This document shows, in pieces, positions 1-9,405 of a DNA stretch of 32,802 nt. The stretch lies in NCBI GenBank assembly GCA_031402315.1, contig JANNSF010000200.1:1-32802 (forward strand), written 5' to 3'. The notes under the pieces were generated by a model. It was given only the letters and a program-made list of their open reading frames with translations, made no database searches and was not told where the DNA came from. The stretch comes from a bacterium (GTDB taxonomy: Bacteria; CLD3; SB21). Made by a program: the position numbers and the translations under genes. Each line of letters opens with the position of its first letter. Within the stretch, counting starts at the first letter, position 1.

Positions 1-648
1 CATATTCTGGATGCTATGCACTATCAGGGTGCGCTCCGCATAGTTCGCCGCGAAAATGGCATACGACTCTATGGTATACAGGTGCAAGAGCCGGCAATTC
101 GTGACAAGGCAGAACAAAGTTCCCGGCTTGATTCGCTGATCGACATGGTTTTTTGTCTTTATGCGCCGATGCCGGAGGCGAGCCTAAATTCGCTCCTGGC
201 GCGTCTGCGTCTGGCGACGCCGCAGTGGGAAAAAGAAGTTCGTCCGGCGATCAAGCGAGCAAAAACACGTTTTGAAAAAACGGAGATCGGCGGCGTGAAA
301 TGGTATTGGCCCAAACGGGAAGCGCCTGTCAATGCAGACGGCGATCGGGTTCGGTTCCTCGCGCCGTTTGATCCGCTGGTATGGGATCGAAGGCGCTTTG
401 AAGTGTTTTGGGGATGGGCTTATCGTTTTGAAGCGTACACACCCAAGACCAAACGAAAGTTTGGCTATTACGCGATGCCGATGCTTTGGCGTGAGCACGT
501 TATTGGTTGGGCCAATCTCACGGTAGACGATTCTAAATTGATTGGCGATTTCGGTTACGTCGCCGGCCCAGCGCCTCGCGACCGGATTTTCAAACAGGAA
601 CTTGAAGCGGAGATCGGCAGGATGAAGACATTTTTGAGAGTGCGCTGA
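1..648 (+). CDS. C-terminal part (5'-truncated by window edge) of a winged-helix DUF1006/YcaQ(AlkZ)-like protein, possible crosslink-repair DNA glycosylase family
   Basis: The frame is open from nt 1, so the listed start at 16 is not the real start. The translation contains FDPLVWDRRRFEVFWGWAYRFEAYTPKTKRKFGYYAMPMLW, which resembles the conserved C-terminal block of YcaQ/HTH_42 proteins. Family assignment is from memory, not a search. Confidence 0.5.
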   Translation, partial: HILDAMHYQGALRIVRRENGIRLYGIQVQEPAIRDKAEQSSRLDSLIDMVFCLYAPMPEASLNSLLARLRLATPQWEKEVRPAIKRAKTRFEKTEIGGVKWYWPKREAPVNADGDRVRFLAPFDPLVWDRRRFEVFWGWAYRFEAYTPKTKRKFGYYAMPMLWREHVIGWANLTVDDSKLIGDFGYVAGPAPRDRIFKQELEAEIGRMKTFLRVR

Positions 649-762
649 GCCACAAGCTCCTATAAAGTCAAAATATCTATTTGTATCATTTACCTGTTTG
701 ACTATCTTTACATACACATTGGTTCTTAGTTTTTACTCAACACATTCATATTAGGAGATTTC

Positions 763-2217
763 ATGCGACTCGGAAAGAATTTCACGACCATGTTTACGGT
801 TTCTTTGCTTTTTGGCTTTACTTCCTACGCTTTTGCGTCGGGATCCGATCACGCCTTCCAAACGAGCGGCCCAAATATTGCGCTCAAAAAAGTCGCTTCA
901 CAAAGCAGCCGTTCGGAGTGGTCCACGCCGACCGATCCACAAGGCGCCGTCGATGGTATCAAGAATGGCAACTTTGGATTTCATACTAATGAGGAACTAA
1001 ACCCCTGGTGGCAAGTGGATCTTGGCGCCAATTATAAACTCGATTGGGTAGTCCTTAATAATCGCGAAGACTGCTGTTCCGATCGTGCCCGCACGGTGCA
1101 GGTGCTTGTCTCAACCGACGGCGTAAATTTCAAAAAGATGTACGAACACGATGGGGGCAATTTTGGGGGCGTTACTTCGGGCGCACCCTTGTTTGTTGCA
1201 TTGTCCCACAGCGTAGGACGGTATATCCGCTTGCAGCTAAATGAAGTTAATTCCTTTCATCTCGACGAGGTAGAAGTTTTTGGTACGATGTCGTCGGCTT
1301 CACCGGCGATCAATAAGAGTGCCACGCAGTGGGTTCCTTTTAATGGAACGATACCGGCTAATGCGGTAGTCGGTGGATCGGAAAATGGAATGCCCATGTA
1401 CGTTGGCAGGATGGCCTTTCAGGGCGGGCAACATCCCGGAAAAATAATTTCCGGAAAATTTTGCAATATCGGCTGGGGCGGTAAGGAATATTCATTTGAC
1501 AAAGGATTTGAAGTTTTGACGGCGCCTGCGAATTCTCTAACCTGGGTGGAATACACGGGAGCGGTTCCGACGAATGCGATTTTTGGAGGCTTCAATGATG
1601 AGGCCGGACGCGAGCCTTTGTATATTGCCAAGCATGAATATAATGGCGGGGTCCATTGCGGAAAACTTTGGGCCAATGCTTGTAATATCGGATGGGGCGG
1701 CAAGGAGATTGTCCTGAATCAGAAGATTTATGTTCTAGCCACCGCGCCGACGAAATTCAAATCGACCGGTCAAAAAGGAAGCTATACATCCTGGGTAGAA
1801 AAGTGGGAATTGCCAACCGCCGGAAAATCGGCCGTCGTATTCACAGCAGTGGCCGCAAACGATATTCATATTGCTTTTTCCGGCGCGGCGAAGACGCTTG
1901 ATCCTATGTATGAAATTGTCATCGGTGGATGGGGTAATACCAAAACTGCCGTCCGCAGGAAATCCCAGGGTCCGGGCATTGCCGAGAAACTCGGCGGTAT
2001 TCGTAAACCGGGCGTTGCGGATCAATATTGGATGATGGTCGATAAGGATACAAAGACGATCTCCGCGGGTTTCGGTCCATACGTCGGACAAAATGTGGTC
2101 ATCGAAACCAAGGATCCTAATTTTCTTTCGAATGTAAAGTATGTTGCATTTTCAAGTTGGAATACACCGATCGAATTTTGGGATGTGAATACTTATTCTA
2201 TGGAAGGCGGGCAATAG
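763..2217 (+). CDS. secreted multidomain protein: F5/8 type C (discoidin) domain + two DM9 (DUF3421) repeats + C-terminal Methyltransf_FA (farnesoic acid O-methyltransferase-like) domain
   Basis: ATG at 763 follows an AGGAGA RBS. The N-terminal signal peptide is MRLGKNFTTMFTVSLLFGFTSYAFA. The discoidin-like block is WWQVDLG...YIRLQL. Two repeats of the type AVVGG..G.PLY[VI]..H..G..GK...NIGWGGKE...EVL match DM9. The C-terminal ~110 aa has the YEIVIGGWGNTKTAVRR (GWG) motif typical of Methyltransf_FA. Confidence 0.6.
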   Translation: MRLGKNFTTMFTVSLLFGFTSYAFASGSDHAFQTSGPNIALKKVASQSSRSEWSTPTDPQGAVDGIKNGNFGFHTNEELNPWWQVDLGANYKLDWVVLNNREDCCSDRARTVQVLVSTDGVNFKKMYEHDGGNFGGVTSGAPLFVALSHSVGRYIRLQLNEVNSFHLDEVEVFGTMSSASPAINKSATQWVPFNGTIPANAVVGGSENGMPMYVGRMAFQGGQHPGKIISGKFCNIGWGGKEYSFDKGFEVLTAPANSLTWVEYTGAVPTNAIFGGFNDEAGREPLYIAKHEYNGGVHCGKLWANACNIGWGGKEIVLNQKIYVLATAPTKFKSTGQKGSYTSWVEKWELPTAGKSAVVFTAVAANDIHIAFSGAAKTLDPMYEIVIGGWGNTKTAVRRKSQGPGIAEKLGGIRKPGVADQYWMMVDKDTKTISAGFGPYVGQNVVIETKDPNFLSNVKYVAFSSWNTPIEFWDVNTYSMEGGQ

Positions 2218-2252
2218 CGGCCGAAGCGCTTCGTTCCAAGAGATTAATTTTA

Positions 2253-2285
2253 AACCGTTGTTGGGCATCCGGCAACGGTTTTTCT
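2253..2285 (+). terminator. rho-independent terminator after the discoidin/DM9 gene
   Basis: Stem AACCGTTG (2253-2260), loop of 12 nt, stem CAACGGTT (2273-2280), followed by TTTTCTGTT. A second short perfect palindrome CGAAGCGCTTCG sits just after the stop codon. Confidence 0.55.
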
Positions 2286-2410
2286 GTTAACAACCGACAA
2301 TGAATTGGCCCGGTGGCCGCTATCTTTGTCTAACCGAGATTGCCTTATCCAATTTCGTTTCGTACGTTTGGATGATATTAGAAAATAGACTTACTAAATT
2401 GAGGGAGAAA

Positions 2411-3079
2411 ATGAAAAAGAAATTCATCGTTGTATGCTATAGTATGTTGATTCTTTCGAGCGCGGCTTTTGGGCAAAGCGACAGTGTGGTGTTTGCCAAG
2501 GGATTAAAATCCCTGCAGTTTTCCGTTGCGGATTTTATACAACTCTCCTCCTTTCAGGGGTCTCTGATTTCTTACCGCGTATTTAGATCCGATAAGTCAG
2601 CGACACGAATTGGCATTACGGCAAATGGAAATCATGTCAATAATAACCATAAGTATACCAGCATCCCGGTTGATACGTCCAAATATGAACGGCATGACAA
2701 GTTTTCGGAAGCCCACGTGAGTCTTTATGTACTTCGGCAAAACTACTTCAAAAAGTCCGGTATTCTAAATATGTATTATACGCTGGGTATGGTGACCGGA
2801 TTTGACCATTCCTATTATAATGATCGTCGTCAAAATTATTTCTATTCAAGAAATATGGCCTCGATCGGGCCGGTCGCTTCCGTTGGATTTGAATGGATGT
2901 TTTACAAAAACTTTACTCTGTCGGCGGAATATATGTCTGAAGGCCGATTTTCCTATGGGAAGGAACGTGAACAACATGGCAATTACGGCCAAGATACGAA
3001 TTACCGTCGTGATGCTACGATTGACAGCTACTCTTTCTTCAGCAAAGGTGTGCTCTTCGGGCTGTCCGCTTTTTTCTAA
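2411..3079 (+). CDS. outer-membrane beta-barrel protein (hypothetical)
   Basis: Internal ATG at 2411 has a GAGGGAG RBS 5 nt upstream; the track's upstream extension from 2300 has no signal. Signal peptide MKKKFIVVCYSMLILSSAAFGQ. The sequence has an alternating amphipathic pattern and ends with an aromatic C-terminus ...LSAFF. Confidence 0.6.
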   Translation: MKKKFIVVCYSMLILSSAAFGQSDSVVFAKGLKSLQFSVADFIQLSSFQGSLISYRVFRSDKSATRIGITANGNHVNNNHKYTSIPVDTSKYERHDKFSEAHVSLYVLRQNYFKKSGILNMYYTLGMVTGFDHSYYNDRRQNYFYSRNMASIGPVASVGFEWMFYKNFTLSAEYMSEGRFSYGKEREQHGNYGQDTNYRRDATIDSYSFFSKGVLFGLSAFF

Positions 3080-3127
3080 ATAGAATAGAGATTGGAATTC
3101 ATCCGTCATTTGCATTAGCTTTTTTGC

Positions 3128-3652
3128 ATGATTGATTTCAAACTGAGACCGTGGTCATTGGACGATATCGACTCGCTCGTGCCACAAGCAAATAATTATA
3201 ATATTGCCAAAAATCTGACCGATGGATTCCCGCATCCTTATACGCGCGAGAACGGGCTGAAATTTATTGAAATGACGACGAAGGATGATCCGATTCATAT
3301 CTTTGCCATCGAAATTGCCGGTGTGGCGTCGGGAGGAATTGGTATTCACCCGCAGACGGACATTCATCGCAGGAATGCGGAACTTGGTTATTGGCTGGCT
3401 GAAAAGTATTGGGGACAAGGCATTATTACTCGAGCTATTGCCCAAATGGTGGATTTTGCATTTCGCACATATGACATCGATCGAGTTTTTGCACGACCGT
3501 TTGGAAGCAATCTTGCGTCACAGAGAGTTTTGGAGAAAGCGGGTTTCAGACTCGGAGGGCGATTTGAAAAAACACTATATAAAAACGGCTCATACGAGGA
3601 CGAATTGATCTACGCCGTCCGTCGCGGTGACTGGGCCGGACATTCTCGATGA
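3128..3652 (+). CDS. GNAT family N-acetyltransferase (RimJ/RimL-like)
   Basis: 174 aa. The acetyl-CoA-binding core is LGYWLAEKYWGQGIITRA...FARPFGSNLASQRVLEKAGF. Length and motifs are typical of Acetyltransf_3. Confidence 0.8.
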   Translation: MIDFKLRPWSLDDIDSLVPQANNYNIAKNLTDGFPHPYTRENGLKFIEMTTKDDPIHIFAIEIAGVASGGIGIHPQTDIHRRNAELGYWLAEKYWGQGIITRAIAQMVDFAFRTYDIDRVFARPFGSNLASQRVLEKAGFRLGGRFEKTLYKNGSYEDELIYAVRRGDWAGHSR

Positions 3653-4467
3653 CCAAAATCTACATATTCACGATCATCACGATGGCTGCATTTGCGGCTA
3701 ATTCGATTTTATGTCGTCTGGCGCTTCATCATACGGCGATGGATGCTGCGACATTTACCGCGATACGTCTTGTTTCCGGCGCTCTGGTTTTGTGGTTGAT
3801 CGCTCCGCGGCATGAGAGCAAATCCATTTCGTGGCGCCCTTCCTTTGCGCTGTTTATTTACGCCGTTACATTTTCTTTCGCCTATAAAAATCTTACAGCG
3901 GCAACGGGCGCCTTACTCTTATTCGGCGCGGTTCAGGTGACCATGATTTCCGCCGGATTGCGTTTCGGCGAAAAAATGAATCTCCAAAAAATACTTGGCA
4001 TGGTGATGGCGATGAGCGGACTGGTATGGCTTGTACTTCCGGGCATTGAGGCACCGCCTGCACAAGGAGCCATTCTGATGACTATTGCGGGAACCGCATG
4101 GGGAGTTTATTCTATCATAGGACGACCAGCTGTCGATCCTACGGTAGCGACGGCTGTTAATTTTCGGCGCGCGGCATTGCCGGCGATTTTGCTTGCTGTC
4201 GCTTGTCTGCCTTGGGCGTCCTGGGATTTGTCTGGTTGTCTTTACGCAGTCTTGTCGGGGAGTATTGCTTCCGGACTTGGCTACGTCATCTGGTATAAAG
4301 TTCTGCCTTCCCTCAAGGCGGCTAGTGCGTCTTCGTTTCAACTTAGTGTGCCATTAATTGCGGCGTTTGGCGGCGTTATTTTTTTGGATGAAACGTTGTC
4401 GATTCGATTTGCAGTGTCAGCGTTACTGATTCTTGGCGGAATTGTTATGGTATTGCGCGGGCGATAG
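3649..4467 (+). CDS. DMT superfamily (EamA-like) membrane transporter
   Basis: Start overlaps the upstream stop by 4 bp (ATGA). About 10 predicted hydrophobic helices; the second half repeats the EamA pattern (...GYVIWYKVL..., ...IFLDETLS...). Confidence 0.75.
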   Translation: MTKIYIFTIITMAAFAANSILCRLALHHTAMDAATFTAIRLVSGALVLWLIAPRHESKSISWRPSFALFIYAVTFSFAYKNLTAATGALLLFGAVQVTMISAGLRFGEKMNLQKILGMVMAMSGLVWLVLPGIEAPPAQGAILMTIAGTAWGVYSIIGRPAVDPTVATAVNFRRAALPAILLAVACLPWASWDLSGCLYAVLSGSIASGLGYVIWYKVLPSLKAASASSFQLSVPLIAAFGGVIFLDETLSIRFAVSALLILGGIVMVLRGR

Positions 4468-4551
4468 GTGAATCGGATTTTCAAACTCAATCTCTTCCTA
4501 AATGCCGGTATATTTCGATACAATGACTTAGGAATAAGTGGAAGACTATTC

Positions 4552-4884
4552 CTAGATCCCCATATTAGCAAGAAACGTGGCGACATAATTGATCCCATCC
4601 ACGAGCCGCGGGTGAGAGAGTTCGAGGCCGCTCACGGATGCATTCAGGGATTCGATGGAAAGGCGATGAAGCATGGGGTTTTTTTCGGGCCGCATCGCTT
4701 CATGCGTTGCGCGCTCCATGGAGTCCACGATCGCGATCGCATCATCCGCCCGTGATTTGTGAAATTCGGTCAATTCCGGCTTCACTTTACCAAGCAAGCG
4801 GAGGAGATGAATTTTATTTTCATCCTTGATCGAATGTTTCTGCCGAATAGCCTCTTCAATCTTTTCAATACGTTTGTGAATCAT
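4552..4884 (-). CDS. small hypothetical cytoplasmic protein (possibly DUF4404-like)
   Basis: Internal ATG at 4884 is preceded by AAGGAG at spacing 6; the track's TTG start at 4968 is unlikely. 111 aa, hydrophilic, no signal peptide. Confidence 0.45.
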   Translation of the reverse strand: MIHKRIEKIEEAIRQKHSIKDENKIHLLRLLGKVKPELTEFHKSRADDAIAIVDSMERATHEAMRPEKNPMLHRLSIESLNASVSGLELSHPRLVDGINYVATFLANMGI

Positions 4885-5095
4885 ACGAACTCCTTCGGTC
4901 ATCGATGTAGTGTAATATCGGAACAATTTGATGAACACGGTATGATAATTGTCAGGAAATGGTCGCAAGACCCATCAGGACTGTCCGCATTTAGTTCCCA
5001 TAAACAAGTTCAAATTTCTCTTGACTTGCCGTCGATTTCAGATAGATTGATCTATCGTAAATAATATTAGGGTAAGTTTAAATAAGGAGTCTTAA

Positions 5096-6099
5096 ATGAA
5101 AATCTTAAAGTTCTTGGTCATGGTGCTGGTGGTAAGCGCCTCCGTGCTGGCTAAAACGTGGACAGTATCCAATCGACCGGGTTCTAATTTTGCGACACTG
5201 TCGAGTGCGGTAGCCTCCGGCTCAGTCTTGGCAGGCGATACGATACTCGTCACCGGTGCAGCAACATCTTATGCGGGATTTACAATTAGTAAGAAGTTAA
5301 CGATTATAGGCCCCGGATATTTCCTTGGTGAGAATACAGGTTTGCAAGCGGATACGAATGCAGCCAAGATAAATTCTAGCGTTACCATAAATAGTCAAGG
5401 AACGACTATTATGGAGTTCATTTTTTGCAAGGTTTGTGGGTCAACGCAGACAATGTAACGATCACGCGTTGCCGGATGCAGGGTACTACCCTCGGTGAAT
5501 ACCCAATTTATATTTACGGTAGGGATAGTATCATCATCCGTCAGAACTATATAACCCAATCCCAATCTTACTACCATTGCGTTACAGTTGTAAGCGGTGC
5601 GTCTCAGATTTTCATTCAAAATAATTTTATCGACTACACAGGCGGGAACACTAGCTATGGCGCTATTGATATTAATGGGACCATGAGCGGGGACATTTCA
5701 AACAATGTCATTAATGGTGACGTCGATAACGTCGGCGGGGGATTTACATTTAATAATAATATCTTGCGATCGGGTACTTTTTCTACGACCGGCGTTGTGC
5801 CCTATAATAATATCGGCAATAGTACGCAGTTTGGCACTTCAAACGGCAATCAGCAAAATGTCAGCATGACCGGAGTTTTTGTAAGCTCTGGCTCCAGCGA
5901 TGCAAAGTGGAATATTGCGGCGGCAGGTCCTGCAGACAATAATGGATTTGGCGGAATTGATTGTGGCATGTTCGACAATAGTCTCGGCACGGGATACGTT
6001 TTGTCGGGTATTCCACCGGTTCCATCCATCTATTTGTTTAATGCTACGGTTGGTGGCTCCACGATTTCTGTCGATGTAAATGTGAAATCTAATAATTAG
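5096..6099 (+). pseudogene. secreted right-handed parallel beta-helix (pectate-lyase-fold) repeat protein, interrupted by a +1 frame change at a T6 run (5421-5426); either a sequencing error or a genuine frameshift
   Basis: ORF 5096-5458 (signal peptide MKILKFLVMVLVVSASVLA) and ORF 5425-6099 lie in different frames. Adding one T to the TTTTTT run gives a continuous ...TINSQGTTIMEFIFLQGLWVNADNVTITRCRMQG... The downstream part has NxxI/GxxxNN beta-helix repeats (IIRQNYIT, IQNNFIDYT, ISNNVINGD, FNNNILR). Confidence 0.55.
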
Positions 6100-6131
6100 T
6101 AGGCCGAAAACGTGCTAATCCTTCGCGGCTT

Positions 6132-9100
6132 ATGAATAAACTTCTACTCTGGTTAATTCTGACTATAGGGCATATGCATGCCCAGAATATTACGCGGGTC
6201 GAGTATTTTATTGATTCGGATCCCGGGTTTGACAACGCAACAACGATTCCTTTTTCTGAGTCACCCAATGTCACGGTAAACGCCCATAGTATTAGTATTG
6301 CGGCTTTGGACGGTGGATTTCATACATTGTATATTCGGGCGCGTGACGCCAATGGTAAGTGGTCGGCTATGCAGGCAAAGGCCTTTTACAAAACACCGGC
6401 TACCGGCCCTGTTGCGCCGAATGTCACTGCCGTGGAATATTTTATTGATAAGGATCCTGGTCTTGGTCTTGCAACTAACGTGCCCATTACGCCGGGAACC
6501 AACGTGGCTCAAAGTGGGATTTCTGTAGGTATTAGTTCATTGTTAGGAGGATTTCACACGTTGTATATTCGGGCCAAAGATGCGGACAGCAATTGGACCG
6601 TACTAAGCGCTAAGGCTTTTTACAAAATTCCATCGATTACCGATCCTTTGGCGAATATTGTCAAGATGGAATATTTTGTCGACAAAGATCCGGGCTTTGA
6701 TAAGGCTTCGAATATATCAATTACTCCGGGAACGGATATTACGAAGAATGAGGTTATCGATATCAGTGCGGTGAGCGGAGGATTTCATACGTTGTATATT
6801 CGGGCCAAAGATGCGGACAGCAATTGGACCGTACTAAGCGCCAAGCCTTTTTACAAAACGCCATCGATCACCGACCCGTTGGCGAATATTGTAAAGATGG
6901 AATATTTTGTCGACAAAGATCCGGGCTTTGATAAGGCTTCAAATATATTAATTACGCCGGGAACGGATATTACGAAGAATGAGGTTATCGATATCAGTGC
7001 GGTGAGCGGAGGATTTCATACGTTGTATGTTCGGGCCAAAGACTCGGACAGCAATTGGACTGTACTAAGCGCTAAGGCTTTTTACAAAACACCGCCCACG
7101 GTGGCAGCGCCTTCAAAAATTGTCGAAGTTGACTATTATTTCTTGAAGGGCGGAGTCTCAACGTTGACGCGTGCTTTTACCGGATTTTCGGCGTCGGCCA
7201 ATGTTGCCCTTAATTTTGTGCCTGATATATCCGGCCTTCAGATCGACAGTACGTATGATATGTACGTTTATGGCAGAGATTCAAGCGGTCTGCGCGGACT
7301 GGCTTCCGGCAAGTCATTCATTACTCCCGATGTTGTTCCGGCTATGCCAAAAGCGTTGACAGGCGTCGCCCAAAATGGCCAGATAATGCTGTCATGGAGT
7401 AAGAACAACGAATCCGATTTCTTGCGCTATCGCATTTATCGAAGTACTTCACCGAATGCAGTCATTCAAATCGACAGCTCGACCGGCGGAAATGCCGATA
7501 CATCGAAAACTATTTTTGGCTTGGCGAATGGCACGAATTATTATTTCAGGGTGACGGCGGTTGACTCCGCGTTTCAGGTGAGTGCGTATTCGAATGAAGT
7601 GAGCACTTCGCCAGTTGATGCGGTTCCTCCTGCAGTTCCTCAGAGCTTGATTGTAACCGCGGGAGGCCATGCCCAGATAACCATAAAGTGGAAGCCCAAT
7701 TCAGATCTTGATTTTAGACGCTATCGCATTTATCGAAATACCAGTCCGAACGCGTCTCTTCAAATAGACAGTACGAGTGGAGGAATTACGGATACGATAA
7801 GAACATATACGGGTCTTATCCCCGGGACGATGTATTATTTTAGGGTAGGTGCGGTTGACACTTCGTTTAATGTCAGCGCGTACTCGAACGAAGCCAGTGC
7901 TGTTCCGCTCGATTTAATGAATCCGGCCTCGCCGCAAAATCTTACCGCGATTGCGGGCAATGCACAAATTGTATTGACCTGGAACAGAAATTCCGAATCC
8001 GATTTCAAACGATACCGCATTTATCGAAGCACGTCGCCCAATGCGTCGATTCAATCGGACAGTACGAATGGAGGAAGTACGGATACGATAAGAACCTATA
8101 CGGGTCTTGTCCCCGGGACGACGTATTATTTTAGGGTAACGGCCGTTGATACTTCGCTCAATGTTAGTACCTATTCAAACGAGGTGAGTGCCATTCCGAT
8201 TGATTTGTCTCCACCTGCGGCTCCACAAAATTTTTCGGCAACGGCTTATGGATCGGTGGCTACTTTGAAATGGAGAAGAAATTCAGAGCCGGATTTCAAG
8301 CGATATCGTATTTATCAAAGTACATCGGCGGGCGCATCGGTTCAAGTTGATTCAACAACGGCCGGCGCTACGGATACTACAAAATCAATAGCCGGACTAT
8401 CCTTTGGCGTGACCTATTATTTTCGGGCACGTGCCGTGGATACCTCCGGACTTGCCAGCGTGTATTCGAATGAATCTTCAGTGACGACTCCGAATGTATT
8501 AAACCTCACGACTTCGATTCTTCAAAATCCCGCTCTTCCAAAATATACGGATGTTTATGTCGTGGCGGATACTCAGCTGATTTCCGCACCGGAAGTTAAA
8601 ATTTTTATTGGGAATGATTCCACAATTCTCACCATGAACCTTGTGCCTGGTTCTGCGCGAGTTTATAGAGGTTCCTACAGCCTTTTACAAAATGGCAATT
8701 ATACGATACGGACGTCGGGGACGGCGATCACCGGATCCTCGTCATTGCGTAACCGTTCTTTTACAGCGGTTTTGGCGAAGCCGAAAGAATCTTTGTTCCT
8801 AACGACTCCTGATGGACTGGCCGAACTCCGCATGGAACCTGGCATGGTATCATCCGAGGGTTTTATTCTTGGCTTTTCCGACGGTACAGTTGAATTTATA
8901 TCCGCGTTAAAACTTCAGAGGCCGGCAGAGCTTTCAATAACGATCGATCAGAACATACCGGACGTAGATAAGGCATTTATTTATGAATTGAGGGGTGGGT
9001 CTTGGCAAAAACTCAAGACTCGCTTTTACGCATCGGAACATGAACTTCGCACGAAGATTGATCGTTTGGGAACATTTAGGTTCGAGGTTGATCCGGCCTT

Positions 9101-9401
9101 TGCAGGATCCAATTTAGTGCCGGAGTCCTTTGCATTAAAAAGTAATTATCCAAATCCATTTAATCCTTCAACAACGATTGAATACGATCTTTCAAAAGAC
9201 GGTGTGATTGAACTTTCGATTTATAATGTGCTTGGTCAAAAGGTCAAAACGCTGGCGGATGGGTATTCATTAGCCGGCAACTATCGCGTCGTATGGAATG
9301 GTGATAATAGTAGCGGGATGCGTGCCGCCAGCGGGGTGTATATTTACAGGCTCAGCGTGCCGGGATACGTCCGATCGCGCCGAATGGTATTAATCAAATA
9401 G
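6132..9401 (+). CDS. very large T9SS-secreted surface protein: 5 N-terminal ~80-aa repeats (EYF[IV]D.DPG module) + 4 fibronectin type III domains + C-terminal T9SS sorting domain
   Basis: Signal peptide MNKLLLWLILTIGHMHAQ. Five repeats V(E/K)YF(I/V)D.DPG...GGFHTLYIRA.D..W...AK.FYKTP. Four FN3-like repeats each containing DF.RYRIY(R/Q)STSPNA...YYFRV.AVD. The last ~88 aa, FALKSNYPNPFNPSTTIEYDL...GVYIYRLSV...., are a canonical Por/T9SS CTD. Confidence 0.85.
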   Translation: MNKLLLWLILTIGHMHAQNITRVEYFIDSDPGFDNATTIPFSESPNVTVNAHSISIAALDGGFHTLYIRARDANGKWSAMQAKAFYKTPATGPVAPNVTAVEYFIDKDPGLGLATNVPITPGTNVAQSGISVGISSLLGGFHTLYIRAKDADSNWTVLSAKAFYKIPSITDPLANIVKMEYFVDKDPGFDKASNISITPGTDITKNEVIDISAVSGGFHTLYIRAKDADSNWTVLSAKPFYKTPSITDPLANIVKMEYFVDKDPGFDKASNILITPGTDITKNEVIDISAVSGGFHTLYVRAKDSDSNWTVLSAKAFYKTPPTVAAPSKIVEVDYYFLKGGVSTLTRAFTGFSASANVALNFVPDISGLQIDSTYDMYVYGRDSSGLRGLASGKSFITPDVVPAMPKALTGVAQNGQIMLSWSKNNESDFLRYRIYRSTSPNAVIQIDSSTGGNADTSKTIFGLANGTNYYFRVTAVDSAFQVSAYSNEVSTSPVDAVPPAVPQSLIVTAGGHAQITIKWKPNSDLDFRRYRIYRNTSPNASLQIDSTSGGITDTIRTYTGLIPGTMYYFRVGAVDTSFNVSAYSNEASAVPLDLMNPASPQNLTAIAGNAQIVLTWNRNSESDFKRYRIYRSTSPNASIQSDSTNGGSTDTIRTYTGLVPGTTYYFRVTAVDTSLNVSTYSNEVSAIPIDLSPPAAPQNFSATAYGSVATLKWRRNSEPDFKRYRIYQSTSAGASVQVDSTTAGATDTTKSIAGLSFGVTYYFRARAVDTSGLASVYSNESSVTTPNVLNLTTSILQNPALPKYTDVYVVADTQLISAPEVKIFIGNDSTILTMNLVPGSARVYRGSYSLLQNGNYTIRTSGTAITGSSSLRNRSFTAVLAKPKESLFLTTPDGLAELRMEPGMVSSEGFILGFSDGTVEFISALKLQRPAELSITIDQNIPDVDKAFIYELRGGSWQKLKTRFYASEHELRTKIDRLGTFRFEVDPAFAGSNLVPESFALKSNYPNPFNPSTTIEYDLSKDGVIELSIYNVLGQKVKTLADGYSLAGNYRVVWNGDNSSGMRAASGVYIYRLSVPGYVRSRRMVLIK
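6631..7092 (+). repeat. two tandem, near-identical 231-bp repeat units inside the large T9SS protein gene; three more divergent upstream copies start at about 6190
   Basis: 6631-6861 and 6862-7092 differ at only a few positions. Both encode SITDPLANIVKMEYFVDKDPGFDKASNI.ITPGTDITKNEVIDISAVSGGFHTLY.RAKD.DSNWTVLSAK.FYKTP. Confidence 0.85.
9135..9398 (+). other. T9SS C-terminal sorting domain coding segment of the large surface protein
   Basis: Motifs NYPNPFNPSTTIEY, IYNVLGQKV and GVYIYRL are characteristic of type A Por secretion CTDs. Confidence 0.75.
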
Positions 9402-9405
9402 CGAT

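Noticed and set aside
184-717. 177-aa minus-strand ORF (and 332-526 +) inside the YcaQ-like gene
   Set aside because: Antisense or alternative-frame shadow ORFs overlapping a better-supported CDS; no RBS or domain.
2300-2410. Upstream extensions of ORFs as listed in the track (2300, 16767, 21269, 24458, 25734, 25906, 4968)
   Set aside because: The track translates TTG/GTG as M. Internal ATG starts with SD-like motifs and immediately following signal peptides are far more plausible, and the extensions would overlap neighbouring genes.
4468-5064. Plus-strand ORFs 4468-4755, 4638-4829 and 4759-5064
   Set aside because: They overlap the minus-strand 4552-4884 gene or lie in its promoter region; no RBS or domain signal. 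Confidence in either strand is modest.
7330-8500. ~290-bp periodic repeats (FN3 modules), considered as a possible CRISPR or other array
   Set aside because: Period is far too long and units are only ~75% identical. They are in-frame protein domain repeats inside a CDS.
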